Source: Cyanophora paradoxa CCMP329 (Eukaryota > Plantae > Glaucophyta). From it: a stretch of 64,000 nt of DNA. The notes beneath the pieces were generated by a model that did not search any database, was not told the origin of the DNA, and saw only the letters and a program-made list of their open reading frames with translations. Within the stretch, counting starts at the first letter, position 1. Every line of letters begins with the position of its first letter. The stretch is taken from the NCBI GenBank assembly GCA_004431415.1, contig QPMI01000370.1:1-64000 (forward strand), read 5' to 3'. A program made the position numbers and the translations under genes. This document shows, in pieces, positions 45,183 to 58,438 of the stretch.

Positions 45183-47374
45183 TCAGAGGGCTAGATCGCC
45201 GGGGCCGGGGGCGGGGGTGGCGGGGGCGGCGAAGGCGGGGATGCGGCCGAGCTCCTTGAGGTCCTGGAGGAGGACGCGGACGAAGAAGACGGTCTCCTCG
45301 GGCTCGGCCACCCAGAGGATGTTGCACTGGTTCCGCGCCGGGTAGTCGTTCCCACTCTGCGTGAAGCGGTCCCCCACGTGCACCGCGCTCCCCGGCTCCA
45401 GCGGGCCCAGGTACCTGCCCCGGCCCTCGGCGCCGGCACGTGCGGGACGGCGGGCGCGGGGCGCACTGCATGAGGGCCTGGATGCCGATGCTCTTGTTGC
45501 CGATGTCGCAGAAGACGTCGCTGCCGCCGTTGAAGACGCAGTACGGCACCGCCGCCTCGAGCGGGCGCAGCTCCGTGGACACGGCGAGCGCGATCTGCGC
45601 CGCGTCGGCCGCGCGCGCGAGGCGGGGCGGGGCGGGGGGGCGGGGCGGGCCTCCTCGAGGATCTCGTACTTGATCTCGCGGTTCTTGGGGACGACCCCGA
45701 CGCTCCGCTCCTTGCGAATCACCAGCACCGGCAGCCGCAGCGTCTTGCACGCCTTCACCAGCGCCTGCGCCGCCCCGCCGTCAGGCGGCGGCGGCGCGCG
45801 GGGCGGGGCGGGGCGGGGCGGGGCGGGACGGGCCCGCTCGGCGGCGTCGAGGAGGGAGTGGATCTCGTCCTCGCGCCAGGCGAGCATCTCCGGCAGCTGC
45901 CACGCCTCCGCCGCCACCTCCGCCAGCCGCGCCTCCGGCCACGAGCACCGCAGCAGATAGTTGCACTCCCTGCCCCCGCCCCGGCCCCGCCCTCAGCGCC
46001 CCTCGCCCCTCCCCCGCCTCGCCCCGCCGACCGAAGCAAGCGCGCGCACCCGCCTGGGGGAGGGCAGTCAGCGAACGAGGGGACAGGTGGGAGGGTCACG
46101 GGGCGGCGCACCGACGCTGAAGGAAGAGGCGCGATGGGTGCGGGGAGGGGTGCGGTGAGGGGCGGAGGCGGGGGGCAGGGGGCGGGCCGCACATGTGGAA
46201 GCGGCTCATCTCGGCTTCGCTGAGCCCCTCGAGGCGGAACGCGTCCAGCAGCGCCCGCATCCGCATCTCGAACCGCTCCGGCTGTCCCGCCCTGTCGGGC
46301 CCCAGCCGCATCCCCTCGGCCGGCCGGCGCGCCGCACCTCGCCCGGGTAGGAGGCCGCGGTGACGACCGCGACGTGGATGCCGGAGCGCAGCAGCGTGAT
46401 CACGTCGTAGATGATCTGCGCGCGCCTTCCCGTCAGGGGCGCCGGCGCCCCCGGCACGCTTGCCCGCTCGGCCCCACCTCGTTGTCGTGCTCGAAGTTCG
46501 TCCCGTCGTCTGTTCGCGGGTCGGCGGGGGCCTCGCTGGGGCGCTCGGCATCAGGCGCACCGTAAAGGGTGCCGTCCGCGTCGAAGGTGATGAGGCGCAG
46601 CATGCCGGCCGCCGCGTGCACCTGGGCCAGGTTCAGGATCTGCGGGCCCCTCGCGGGAGTCAGCCGGCGGTCGGCATCGGCGCGCCGGATCCGGAGGCAG
46701 GGCGGGGCGGGGGGCGCGCACGTGGCGCATCTCGGCGAAGTTCGGGAGCACGTGCTTCCGGCGCGAGAGCATCGCGAAGGCGTCGTACTCGCGCAGCGCG
46801 CGGCGCAGCTCCAGCGGCGTGAACATGCGCCCAATCGTGGGGACCAGCCTCCGCAGGGTCGATGTCTGCGGGCACTCGAGGTGCTCTGCGATCCAGCGCT
46901 CCAGCTTCCGCATAACCTCCATGCTCGAGTTCGCCTCGTGGAGCCGGATGATGAACTCGATCAACTGCGCAGCGCACTCGGCCGGCGCGCGTACGAAGCA
47001 GGCGAAGCCGCCCTCAGCGAATCGCGCACGGCATCTTGCTCTTTCAAGCGGCCTTTGCCCACGAGGCGCCAGCGGCGCGATCCGTCGCCCCGCGCCATCT
47101 CCCCGATCCATCTGAAGCAACCAAAGTGTCAGGAAGGATTTGCAGTGCGGTGCGGGGGGCACTCGCCTCCTCCAGCGCAGCGCGGCCGAGCCCGCCATGG
47201 GAGGTGGCTGGGCTGCATCCTCCTCGTCGGGGACCGGCTGCGCTGGTGCTGGTGTATCGGGCGTAGGCGTAGTAGGTGTATCGGGATCGAGATCATAGGT
47301 GTGCTCCGGCGCCGCCTCGCCAGATCGGTGGGCGGCTGAGCTCGCGACAGCCTGCGTCTACGGTGGGTCAACAT
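45183..47374 (-). CDS. ISN1: IMP-specific 5'-nucleotidase (HAD superfamily)
   Basis: LRRLVPTIG..FTPL; PNFAEMRHILNLAQ; LITFDADGTLYDDG; VVTAASYP; FNGGSDVFCDIGNKSIG; HVGDRF..GND. Start approximate. Confidence 0.92.
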
Positions 47375-47727
47375 GATGTGACTAGAATGAGAACATGCAC
47401 TTCGCGTGCATTAGTCCCAGCAAGGCGCACGGGGCGCAAGCCCAGTGCAGCGCGGCAAATCATATCCAGCTTACCCACTCCGCACTCGCGCGACCGCGCT
47501 GGGTCGGCGTGATAGCTGGCCCACAGGAGACTACGAAGCGAAGCGCGCGCTTTGGTACGGCCTTCCCAATCGGCCGAGCTCTTCTCTGGCGCAGGCTAGG
47601 ACCGGCGGACGGAAGGATGGCGCTGGATCCACGATGCCAGGGCGCTCCAGCCGTCGCAGGGAGAATAGCACACGACCCCGCGAACGCATGCATGTTCAAT
47701 CTCCAGAGTGCTTGTACCCTGATTGTC

Positions 47728-47819
47728 GGCAGAAAAAAAGCATCGTTGAACCGAGGCGAGCTTGTTCTTTGAGGCAGAAAAAAAGCATCGTTGAACCGAG
47801 CATCGTTGAACCGAGGCGA
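47728..47819. repeat. Short direct repeats in a divergent promoter region
   Basis: ggcagaaaaaaagcatcgttgaaccgag x2, plus a third gcatcgttgaaccgag. Confidence 0.85.
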
Positions 47820-47925
47820 CTGAGAGGTGCGTTCGCGTTGTAGAGGCGCTCGCGAACTGAGCGACCTGAGCTCGCGTTGCCGAGGACCGGGTTCGCGTTG
47901 CTCACACAGCCCGCAGCTCTTCGGC

Positions 47926-49652
47926 ATGGCGAACGCTTCGCCAGCACGAGGTGCGCCTTTCGCCGCATTAGGGAGCGCTAGGGAACTGGCCCGAGGCGCC
48001 ATTGTGGAATAAACGGAATCCGCTGGCTGCGGCGCTTGGGCAGCGCAGCTGCTTTTTTCACTCATAAACGCGATCGTACTGCATAACGCATATGATCTAT
48101 CGCGTACTGTCCTCTCACGCTGCTGCCTTCCTCCCCGCAGCGCAGGCTCCGTCTATGGTACGGGCGCGCATCTTGTCCCTCAACACCTTCATGCGGTGCA
48201 CACACGCGTCCGAGGATCTGCATTAAGCTAATGCAGTCGTCTAGCCCCCCGGGCATTACGAACTACGGGGACGACTTCAAGGACGAGCGCTGCGAACTCC
48301 TCTGCAAGATCATCAGCGACTTCGACGTGCGCTTCCAAGCGACGGCCACCGCTGCTTTGCTGACAACAATCCCACAGATTGTCTGCTTCCAGGAGTGCTT
48401 CGATACAGGCAGCTCCCGCCAGCAGAAGATTATCGATGCGGGCGCTAAGGCGGGGCTGAAGTATTACGTCCGCGGCCCGTCCCCGCTCATGGTCCCGGTG
48501 GACAGTGGTCTCGTAATCCTCAGCAGATTCAAGTGCTCCATTTCCTCGCTATAGACGAATCGAACGTCGGCGCTGACGCCCGCTGCAGGATTCTGAAGAC
48601 CGACACCATTGTCTTCCCGCGCGGCACTGTGAAGGGCGGCGACGCGTTCGCGGCCAAAGGAGTGGCGTACGCGCTCATCCAGCTCGCCGAGGGCAACCGC
48701 GCTTCGTGCATCCACCTGTTCGCGACGCACATGCAGGTGGGTGGTCGCTCCGCAGGGCGCGCGCTGCGGTTGAGCTGGCGCAGGCCTCGTACACGTCGAA
48801 GAACGACCCGCTGAGGACCTCGTCGAAGTACTCGAGCGTGCGCCAGAAGCAGCTGCAGGCCTTCGCTGAGTTCATCGACAAGTGCGCGGGGCCTGGCCGC
48901 GCGCCGCCCTGCGTCGCGGGTCTGCGAGATTCGCTTACGTCACGCTGGACGCAGGAAGCGGAGCGGGAACAGGTTCCCCGTGGTGCTGGCGGGCGACTTC
49001 AACGTGAACGCGCGGCTCGGGGCGGAGGACCCGCGGAAGCCGTACGACTCGCCCGAGTACCTCGCCATGCTCTCGATGCTGGACGCCGGCGGCAAGCGCA
49101 TCCGCGACCTCGTCAAGGAGTGCAACGGCGGCGTGCACCCGATCACCATGGGCGACGTCGACGCCAACGGCGAGCCCCGCGAGCGCGTCCTCACCGCCGG
49201 CTACGACCTCCGTAGCCAGCAGCGCCTCGACTACATCTTCTACCTGCCCCCGATCAAGACGCCCGGTGCGCCCCCGGCTCGACGCGCGCCCATCTGCCCC
49301 GGGCGAGCCGCGCGGCGGTCGCAGAGGACCCGAACCCGCGCTCCTTCGCCGAGCCTGTCCCTGGGACCGCGAAGGTTGCCCCCTTCTACGTCAAGGGCCG
49401 CAAGTTCACGCAGCTCTCCGACCACTACGGGTGCGGCCGCCTGCTGCCCCGCCCGCCCGCCCGCCCGCCCGCCTGTCTGTCCGCCCCCCGGGAGGCCCGC
49501 CGACACCCTCCCGCAGTGTGGAGTGCCAGCTGCAGGTCTCGCCGCTCCCGCTCTCCGCGAGCGAGGCCGCCGCCCTCGACCGGGGCTCCAGCCTGGCCAG
49601 CCTCATCGCATCCCTGTGCGCCCCCTCGGAGGGCACCCCCTCGTACTTCTAG
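47926..49652 (+). CDS. Endonuclease/exonuclease/phosphatase family protein, neutral sphingomyelinase-like
   Basis: RILSLNTFMRPP; DIVCFQECF; DSGLVILSRF; DAFAAKG; THMQASY; AGDFNVN; RLDYIF; LSDHYG. Confidence 0.9.
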
Positions 49653-50343
49653 CTCGCGCCACCGGCACCGCTGGCCATTCCTCCTGCTGCTACCCAGCAG
49701 CTGCCAGCCAAAGCCGCGTATGAGGGCTCTTTGCTGTAGCGTGCATAGGCCTATAGCTAGCTGGCTGTAGACCTCGTTTCGTAGTTCTCAGACCAGATCG
49801 ATATCACCATAAGCGTAGCACGTTCTCTCTCTTTCCGGAATCTGCAGTACCGCAGGCTCCTTCTATGCCAGGCGCGTGTGTTTGTCAGCGCTGGAAAGGC
49901 GCGCCGGGCCCGGGAGCGGCGCGCGGTCGGGCGCCGCGCGCGGCGACGCACACGCCTCCAGGGGGGTAGGGCCATTTTCAGCTACGTGGAGAGCAGGAGC
50001 TCTTTCAAAGTTTTCAGACCGGCTTAGCTAGCAGAACCAACAGTAGCAGCAAAAACTAACAGCAGCAGCAAGTGACTCGACCGCACCGGACCCGTGCAGA
50101 GCGGCCTCCGAGCTTCGCCGGAGAGCAAGTGCCCCGGCCCATCGCAGTGTTTCGTCCCTCAGCGCACCCGCGTGCTCAGCTATTTCTGCAGGGCTGTGCT
50201 GGCCTGTAACAGGAAGCAGCTGCCCGCCGCAGCAACTGGCCTGCGTGGACGGGCTTGGCCGCCGTTGGGCGCAGTAGATGGGCGGTAAAGGCAGCAAGGA
50301 CGGTCAGCCGACTACAGTAGACGTTAGGCCTTCACCCAACACA

Positions 50344-53300
50344 ATGGCAGAGAAGAACCTCTCGCCGATCGAGGACAGGAAGTGCAGGGACGTTATCTTC
50401 CTCCTCGCCTTCATTGTCTTTTGGGGGGTGAGCCTGCTCGCTTAGCTATCGGCTTTCTGTGTGCTTAACCACAACGCCCTCCCATCCACGCTTCGCTTTC
50501 GTAGGGGATGGTACGCGTGCCCCCCAGCGGCGAGTGCTCGGCGCGGCTCTCAAGATTCTTAACTCTATTTCTTTGCTGTGCGTTAGATCATTGTTGCAAT
50601 CTTCGGCTTCGTGAAGGGCAACCCAGCAACGTGCGCCCATCCCCCGCACCCTTTCTTCTTTTCCTTTTGTCTGAGCGCGCCTGCAGACTCCTCTACCCAA
50701 CGGACTCTAATGGAAACGTGCGCCCGTTCTGCGTTCAGAGATTTATAGAAGATCGGCCCTGCTAGGGCGCTGTCTAGACTGCAATTCTTTGGGGCTCCTC
50801 GGTATCCCCTTCAGCACGTTCAGCCCCTGAGTGCCGCGCAGCTCTGCGGGTTCACACCGGGATACACAAACACTCCCAACGCGTACTTCCCGAAGCCGTC
50901 CATTCCCACGAACGCGCAGCAAATAGCGATGGCCGGCCTCCAGCTCCGGTTCTGCGTTGCGAGCTGTCCAACCAGCTTCCCGAACATCACCGAAGTCCAG
51001 GCCGACTTCGCGAACGCCATTGTTTGTTCGCCGGACGTTCGGCCCTTCGTAAGCCCGCTCCCTCTCCCCCACAAGGGGAGGCCTCCCTGACGCGCCCCGA
51101 CCGTCCCACAGCCGACGTGCAAGCTGCCCTTCCAGGGCAACGACACCAACGTCCTCGCGCTGGCGACCGAGCTCATCACCGGGCAGGGGACCCTCTTTCA
51201 GACGTACGCGTCGTGCACGGAAATGTACAACTACGTGAACAACGGCTCGTGCGGCATCAAGTACCCCTCCACCGCGGCCCTCTTCCGTTGCATGCCGAAC
51301 CTCAACAACGCGGTGGCAGCCGCCAACGACGCCCTACGGCCCGGAACCGAGCAGCTGGCGACCCAGCTGAACGATGCCACCTACCTGCTAAACCGCTACC
51401 AGGTCGGCCTTGGCCCCCCGAGGGAACCGCACTGCACGCTCATTTCCCGCGCGCGACGCAGGCGGACGTGGCGGCTTCATGGCCGGTGCTGGTGCGCTGG
51501 GCGGGGCGGGCCGGGAGGGGCCGGGCGGGACGGCGGGGCGGCGGGGCCCTGACTGGCGGGGGGTTGCAGATTGTGACGGGGATCCTGGCGCCCTTCGTGC
51601 TCGGTTTCATCTGGCTCATCCTCCTCAAGTACCTCGCTGGCTTCATGGCGCGCTGCCCCCGCCCCGCGCCCCGCGCCCCGCCCCGCGCCCGCGTGCGAGC
51701 CGGGCCGGGCCCGCGGCGGCAGGTCTTCCTCACGATCCTCGTCTTCCTCGGCTCCCTCGCCGCCGTCACCGTCATCTTCTTCTTCAAATGCGCGCGCTGC
51801 CGCCGCCCGCGGCCCCCCAGCGCCCCGCGGCGGCTGACGCGGGCGCAGCGGGCCGCATCGGGACGGACTCGTTCTCCGCGGTCTCGGCGCAGCTGGCGAC
51901 GGTCAACGTCAACGGCTGGCTCAACCCCACATCCGACTACACCCGCGTCTTCGACATCTGCGGCTGGATCATGGCGCGCCCCGCCCCCGTCCACGCCCCT
52001 GCCCCTGCCCGCTGACGCCCCACAGGTCGCTGTCTGCGGCATCTCTCTGCTCATAGTGCTGGTCATGATACCGGTGCGCCCCTCGGCCGGCGCCGCGCGG
52101 CGGCGCGGCAGGAGCGAGCGAGCGAGCGGGGCGGGGCGCGCAGCGCATTCGGATTGCGATCGGAATCGTGCGAGAGGCTTCGGACGCGCTGCGGGCGATG
52201 CCGCTGGTGATCTTCTACCCCTTCGTCACGTACGCCATGCAGCTCATCCTCCTCGTCTACTGGGTCGTCGTCGCCATGTCCGCCCGCCCGCCCACTGCCC
52301 ACGGCCCCTTTCCCACCCCCTCTCAACCCCCGCCCGCAGCTGGCTCTTCGGATGCCAATGTAAGTGGCGGCCGGGCCCCCACCCCGCCCTGCCCCTTGGC
52401 ACGCGGGCGGGACGCTGAGGGCAGCGCGCAGATTGGAGCACGGACACGAAGACGTACGACTATGACAACCGAACGAAGGGCGCCATCGCGTACCATGTCT
52501 TCGGGCTCTTCTGGACGACCAACTTCATCGACGGGTTCGGGCAGTGCGTGATGGCCGGCGCCTTCGCGACGTACTACTTCACGCGGGACAAGAAGAATCT
52601 GCCCTTCGCGCCCGTCATGCGCTCCTTCTCGCGGACGTGGCGCTACCACGTCGGCTCGATCGCCTTCGGCTCCCTCATCATCGCGATCGTGCAGTTCATC
52701 CGGGCCATGCTCGCCTACCTGGAGCGCAAGAGCAAGGCGGCGGAGAACGCCGTCGTCAAGTTCGTTTTCCGCGCCATCCAGTACTGCCTGGCCTGCTTCG
52801 AGCGCTTCCTCAAGTTCCTCACCAAGCGCGCCTACAGTGCGCCGGCCCCCCTCCCCCGCCCCCGCAGTGCTCCTTTGGCCCCCTCTGACCTCCCCGGCAG
52901 TCGTCATCGCGATCCACGGGTACAGCTTCTGCAAGGCGGCGCGGGAGGGGATGATGATCGTGCTGGGGAACATCCTGCGCGTGGCGGCGGTCTCGATCAT
53001 CGGGGAGTACCTGATGTTCCTCGGCAAGCTCGCCATCTCCTTCGCCTCCTGCTTCCTCTGCTTCATCTGGCTCTCCAAGGACTCGATGTACGACCCCAAC
53101 ACGGGCGCCCGTCCCGTCTCCTCGCCCCTCCTCCCCATCATCCTCGTGGCCCTCGGCGCCTACATCATCTCCTCTGCCTTCCTCTCCATCTATGACATGG
53201 CCATGGACACCATCCTCTTCTGCTTCTGCATGGACCAGTCCGAGAACAACGGTCGGGACAAGCCGTACTACGCCTCCAGCAACCTCATCGACTTCCTTGA

Positions 53301-53358
53301 CAAGTCCGCCGGCAAGAAGGCCGCCGCAGGGGAGGCCCCCAACGAAACAAAACACTGA
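50344..53358 (+). CDS. Choline transporter-like protein (CTL/SLC44 family)
   Basis: DRKCRDVIFL; LLYPTDSNGNLCG; RYHVGSIAFGSLIIAIVQ; CFERFLKFL..AY..IAIHGYSFCKAA; FLSIYDMAMDTILFCFC. Confidence 0.95.
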
Positions 53359-53705
53359 GCCGTTGCCCCCTCTCCGATTAGCTATAGGAAGCACGCCTGT
53401 TTGTAGCAGCAGATCTGTATTGCAATTGCCTGTTAGCGTCGCTCAGTGCTAGTTCGAATTCGAACTAGGGCTGCGCGTGGAGTGCACGTGTACAGCTACC
53501 GGCGCCAGATCCTTAAAGTTATTCAGCACCGTGCACGTGGCACTGGCGCCGGCAGCTGCAGATTGCATGCCGCATGCCGCAGCTGCAGTGCGCAGCTGCG
53601 CATGCGCATGCAGTGCGGCGGCATGCGCAAAAGTTGAATTTGCGCATGCAATTGCGAAGGTTGGGGGGCCGGGGGTACAGGCACGGCAAGCGCACAATCG
53701 CTGCG

Positions 53706-55215
53706 ATGAGTTCGAAGGTGCGCCCGAGCCGTCGCAGGCGATGAAATGGAGTCGTACGCGCGACGCGCTTACGCCTCACTGGCAGGCGACGAAGCCGGCA
53801 GCGGCGGATGAGGAGCTTGACTTCGGCAAGAAGAAGAAGAGCACCAAGAAGAAGGATGATGTGGAGGACGTCGCCAAGAAAGTCGAGGACCTCGATGGTG
53901 CGCTGCAGCTTGCGCGGGATGGGCCCGATCGCGCGGTGCATGGGCGAGAGCGTTGGGCCGCCAACTGGCCGGTATGGAGCGCGGCAGCATTGCGTGCTGT
54001 CGTTTGGAACTCATTTTCTAAGGCGGCCGCGCCCTCGTCGCGCTACTTGGCCTGCGTATTAGCGCCTTGGCCTGCAATCGCCCCTCATTCTCGCCTGCAG
54101 TCGATGAGGACGACGATCTAGGCGACTTTGGAAAGAAGAAGAAGAAGGCGCCGGTGCGCCCTGCTATCGAAAGACGACGCATGGCTCAGCAGCTCACTGT
54201 TCCTGCAGAAGAAGAAGGAGGAGGAGGAAGAGGAGGAGGAGGATGACAAGGACGAGGACGGGGATGACGATGAGGTCGAGGTGGTGCGTAGAATGATTTG
54301 AGGCCTCGCGGCTCAGAAATGACTCGGAGCCAGGGTGCACAGGCCGAGGTGGATGTGCCGCTGGACGGTGCAGCCCGCTTTGTCACTCTTCATGCGAATG
54401 CGCAAGCTCATGTCCGCGCCTGGCAGATCGCGTGCGGTTCGAGGAGGGCCCCGGCGGGGATGCCCCGGCCGCCACGATTGAGCTGTCTGAGCACGAGAAG
54501 AAGATCCGCCAGCTTCCCGCGGACGAGAATGCCGACTACCCTTACGCATTCGTACGCTGCATTGTGCTGGAAATTCCTAGCTTTCGCTGAACGGCGCTGC
54601 AGCTGCTCGCCCGCATGACAGACTTCATCCGCGCTAACAACCCGGAGCTCGGTGGCGAGAAGAAGCGCTTCTCCATCAAGCCCCCGCAGGTTGTGCGCGA
54701 AGGCACGAAGAAGACCGTCTGGCTCAACTTCCCCGAAATCTGCGCCATGTGCGTCGATGCCCTCCCCACGCCCGCTCCGCCCTCTTGACTTTGCGTAGCA
54801 TGCACCGGTCCCCCGAGCACGTGCTCCAGTTCGTGCTGGCCGAGCTCGGCACGTCCGGGTCTTTGGACGCAAGCAAGCGGCTCGTCATCAAGGGCCGTCT
54901 CAACCCCAAGCAGTTCGAGAACCTGCTCCGTCGCTACATCAGTGCGCCGCTTTCTAGTGCAGACGTCTCCCATATCTTACGGTTTGCGCAGTGGAATTCG
55001 TCACCTGTCAAATGTGCAAGAGCTTCGACACGAACCTCACAAGGTCCGTTCTGCCGGGCGGCCCTCTCTGTGCCTTCGTCCCCTCACGGCCGCACAGGGA
55101 TTCTGTATCGCGTCTGTACTTCCTTCGCTGCGAATCCTGCAACTCTCAGAGATCCGTCACGGGCATCAAGAGCGGTTACGTGGCCCAGATCGGCCGCCGC
55201 AAGAAGGTCGGCTGA
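53706..55215 (+). CDS. EIF2S2: Translation initiation factor eIF2 beta subunit
   Basis: DFGKKKK Lys boxes; [13 protein letters not shown]; MHRSPEHV; [10 protein letters not shown]; C2C2 finger [20 protein letters not shown]. Confidence 0.96.
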
Positions 55216-55560
55216 GACCCTGCTGCTCGCTTGCGGACGCCTCGCAATTCGTTGCGCCCTTCGTGTCGCAATACACGGGTTGCGAGCTCGAGAACGAGCG
55301 TTTCGTCGCGAGGGCAGGTGGGGGTAGGGGCGGCCAGGTGCACGCATAGGACTCTGGATCCGGGATGGATGCTGAACTAGAGCCTAGCTATAGGGGCCGG
55401 TCGAGCCGGGCTGCAGCGGCAGCTGCGCATGCGTATGCAGCAGCAGCGGCGTATCCATGTACGTACTTAGGTATCCGTGCTGCAGTGCTACAGCGCAGTA
55501 CAGCGGTAGAGGCGGGATAGCCGGTCAACGGGGTACAGGACAGAAGTCTTTCGCGCAGCT

Positions 55561-57290
55561 ATGTTCTCGGCGTTAAAGTCAAAGGGATGGGAGATCAAGC
55601 GGCGCGTGGAACAGAAGACGGTCGAGGCGCTCGGGAAGGCGGAGGCTAGCAGCGACGTCGAATTCGACCAGCTCACCGCGCAGTTCAAGGAGGCGGAGAA
55701 CCTGCTCGAGACGGTTTGTCACGAGTCATTTGCATCGCGTCAGCGAAATGGTCCAATGCGTCTCGCGCACGTCACAGGTCTACACGCGCACGAAGAACTT
55801 CGTGGACGGCCTTGCGAAGCTTACCGAGGCATCGACGGCCATGGCAGAAAGCTACGGAAATGCATTCTTGGCCGCGCACGGTCCGCGCGCCCCAGCAACC
55901 GTCATGCTAGCTAGGAAACGAAAACGTTTGCCGCAGGAACGAACCAGTTCGGCGGTTCGGAGCTGAGCTCGGCGGCTTTGGCGATCAATAAGTATTGCCA
56001 AGAAAAGGAGAAACTCCTCGCCGCAAAGGCGCTGGAGCCCCTGCGGAAGTGGGTCGGTACGCATAGGCATGGACGAGCGGGCGGGGCTCGCGGCTTGCTG
56101 AATGGGGCTGTCGTCAGAGAGCTTCCGCGGGGTGAAAACCCGCATGGAGGAGCTGCACAAGGCGCGGCTCGACTTCGACTACTACCAGCGGAAGGTGCAG
56201 GGCCTGAAGGAGAACCCGAAGACAGACAAGGCCACAATGGACGACAAGCTCGCCAAGCTCTCGCGCACCCAGCACGCCTACGAGGAGGTTCGCGCCCGAT
56301 CGCGCCGCCAGACGTTAGTGCCCCGCTTGAGCGCTTCGCGTCCGCAGGGCCTCTTCAAGCTGAAGGTGCGCGGGGGCCGCTCGCTCCGCGCGTGCCGCTG
56401 GCGACGCGCGGGGGCAGCTGGAGCTGGCGACTCTGATGGAGAAGATGTCCGACGTCCTTCACACGCCCTTCGCCTGCGTACGCGGGGGCCGCCCCAAGGG
56501 GCGGGGCGGCGGGGGCCGACGGCGCTGGGCGCAGCTGGTGTCGGCGCAGGTGGACATGCTGAAGGCGGCGACAGGGGCGATGGGGCCGCTGCAGCCGTAC
56601 TACGTGAGCGAGCCGGCGGCGGGCGCCCTCAAGCCCTTCCTCCCCGAGGACCTCGCCTCCCTCGTCGGCCAGGCCCGCCCCGCCGCCCCGCGCCCCCCGC
56701 CCCGGCGCCCTCGCGGCCCCCGAGCCCCGCGCAGGTCGCCACCGAGCGCGCCGCCGCCCACGCCTCGCAGGACTTCCCTCTGCCGCCCGCCAACTCGGCC
56801 CCCTCGTCGGAGCCCGCGCTGCCGGCCCCGTCGGCCCCGCCTGCACCCCCGGCGCCGGCGCCGGCGCCCGTGCCGGCGGCCGCGGCGCCGGGGGCGGTGC
56901 CGATGACGCCGGATGAAATGGAGAAGGCCATGCAGGCAATGGCGGCCCAGGCCCGCCCCTCACCGCCGCCCCGCTGCCCACCTCACCCCGCCCCGCAGAT
57001 GGCTTCGATGGGCTTCCCCGCTCCGCCCGTGCCCCCCGCCAGCGCCCCCGCCCCGCCCGCCTCCAGCGAGAACCCCTTCTCCTCGTTCGTCCCCTCCGGG
57101 CCGCCCCTACGGGCCCCGCCCCTCCCCAGCCCTCCGCCTCCCCGCGCCGTGCCGTTCGTGCCGACCGCCGCGCCCCCCGCAGGTGAGGGGGAGGGCAGCC
57201 TCACTGAGGCTCTCCTCGCCCGCGGAGGCGGGGACGGCGACGGCAGCCCCGCCCCCCGGCAGACCACTGCATACTTCCCGCTCCCTCAGT
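55561..57290 (+). CDS. BAR-domain protein with Pro-rich tail and NPF motif
   Basis: LGKAEASSDVEFD; ARLDFDYYQRKV; amphipathic helices; ENPF. Confidence 0.7.
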
Positions 57291-58438
57291 AGCAGATGTG
57301 CGGCAGGTCTCGGGCGGCTGCAAACACAGTAGAATTACTTGTATTCACACAGCGCTGTACATGCCTGCGCGCTTGATGCACGCTCTTCTAGCGACGCTCC
57401 GAGCTTTATGCATCGCCCGCTTCGCCGAGCCGCCAGGCGCTTCACGAGTGGTGCGCGTGCTGCTCGCGGCTCTCGTACGCGCGCCTCTCGAACTCAGCGA
57501 GAGCATCGCTGCGCGCGCCACGAGTCAGCAAGCGGCAACGCCAGGAACACAGGAGCGTGCAGACTTGAACTCGAAATGGCGGTCCGGATCGTGCACGTGT
57601 GCGGACGGGTGCGGGCACGGCGGCGGGCCGCGTGCTGGCTCCAGGAAAGTCCCGCTCTGCAACCGCGCGCCGGATTCGGACTGACCGTCGGAACAAGACC
57701 CGCCACGCGTACGGCTTACGTATACGTACCTGACGCGCGGAATCTTGCTGCTCCTTGTGCTCCTTGTGCTCCTTGTGCTCGCCGTGGCCATGGCCATGGC
57801 CTGCCTTGTGCTCTCTTGGGCAAAGCGGCGGGCTTGTTGGCACCTGCGCATGCATACGCATTCGATTTTTCGTGCTTGGTGCCTGCCGGGGCGCGCGTGG
57901 AGGCGCTGATCATGACGCGGAGCTCGAGCTACCGTGTCGATGTGCCTCGTTGTGGCGTGCGCGTTCGCGCTCGCGTTCGTATACGTAAGGTCTGCGACGG
58001 CGGAAGGGTGGTCCTCCTGCGCATGCGCGCACAGGATGTGAGCATTGCAGAGCCGCAGCGCGCGTACGCGCCAGGCGCGCGCCCTTGCGCGCGTTCTCGC
58101 GGCGAGCCCCAATCGCAAATGTGTCGGCCCTCCCCCGCGCGCGTTATACTGCTAGCGCGCATGCGCACGTCGTTGAAGGGAGGCAACGGCGGGAGCGGGA
58201 TGCCGTCCATTGTTGCACTTGCAGTCGCCTTCTCAGACTTCAAGAGACTTGGTTTGGCCGGGTACGCGCATCTTGATTTCGCTTTTGGCGGCTATAGCTA
58301 TTAGCTAGCTGCGAGCCCTGCGGCCGCTGCAGAACGATCGGATAATCGAAGTATTGCAGCTGCTGCCGCCGCACCGGCCGCGATCGGCCGCCGGACATCC
58401 CCGCGGCTGCGGCCTGGTGGCGGCCCAGAGCTGGGAGG

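Noticed and set aside
47728-47819. CRISPR-like array
   Set aside because: Only 2-3 unequal repeats, no regular unique spacers, no cas genes, and the context is eukaryotic
57339-58304. 321-aa ORF and (ctccttgtg)3 repeat
   Set aside because: No recognisable motifs, palindrome-rich intergenic character and no typical codon bias
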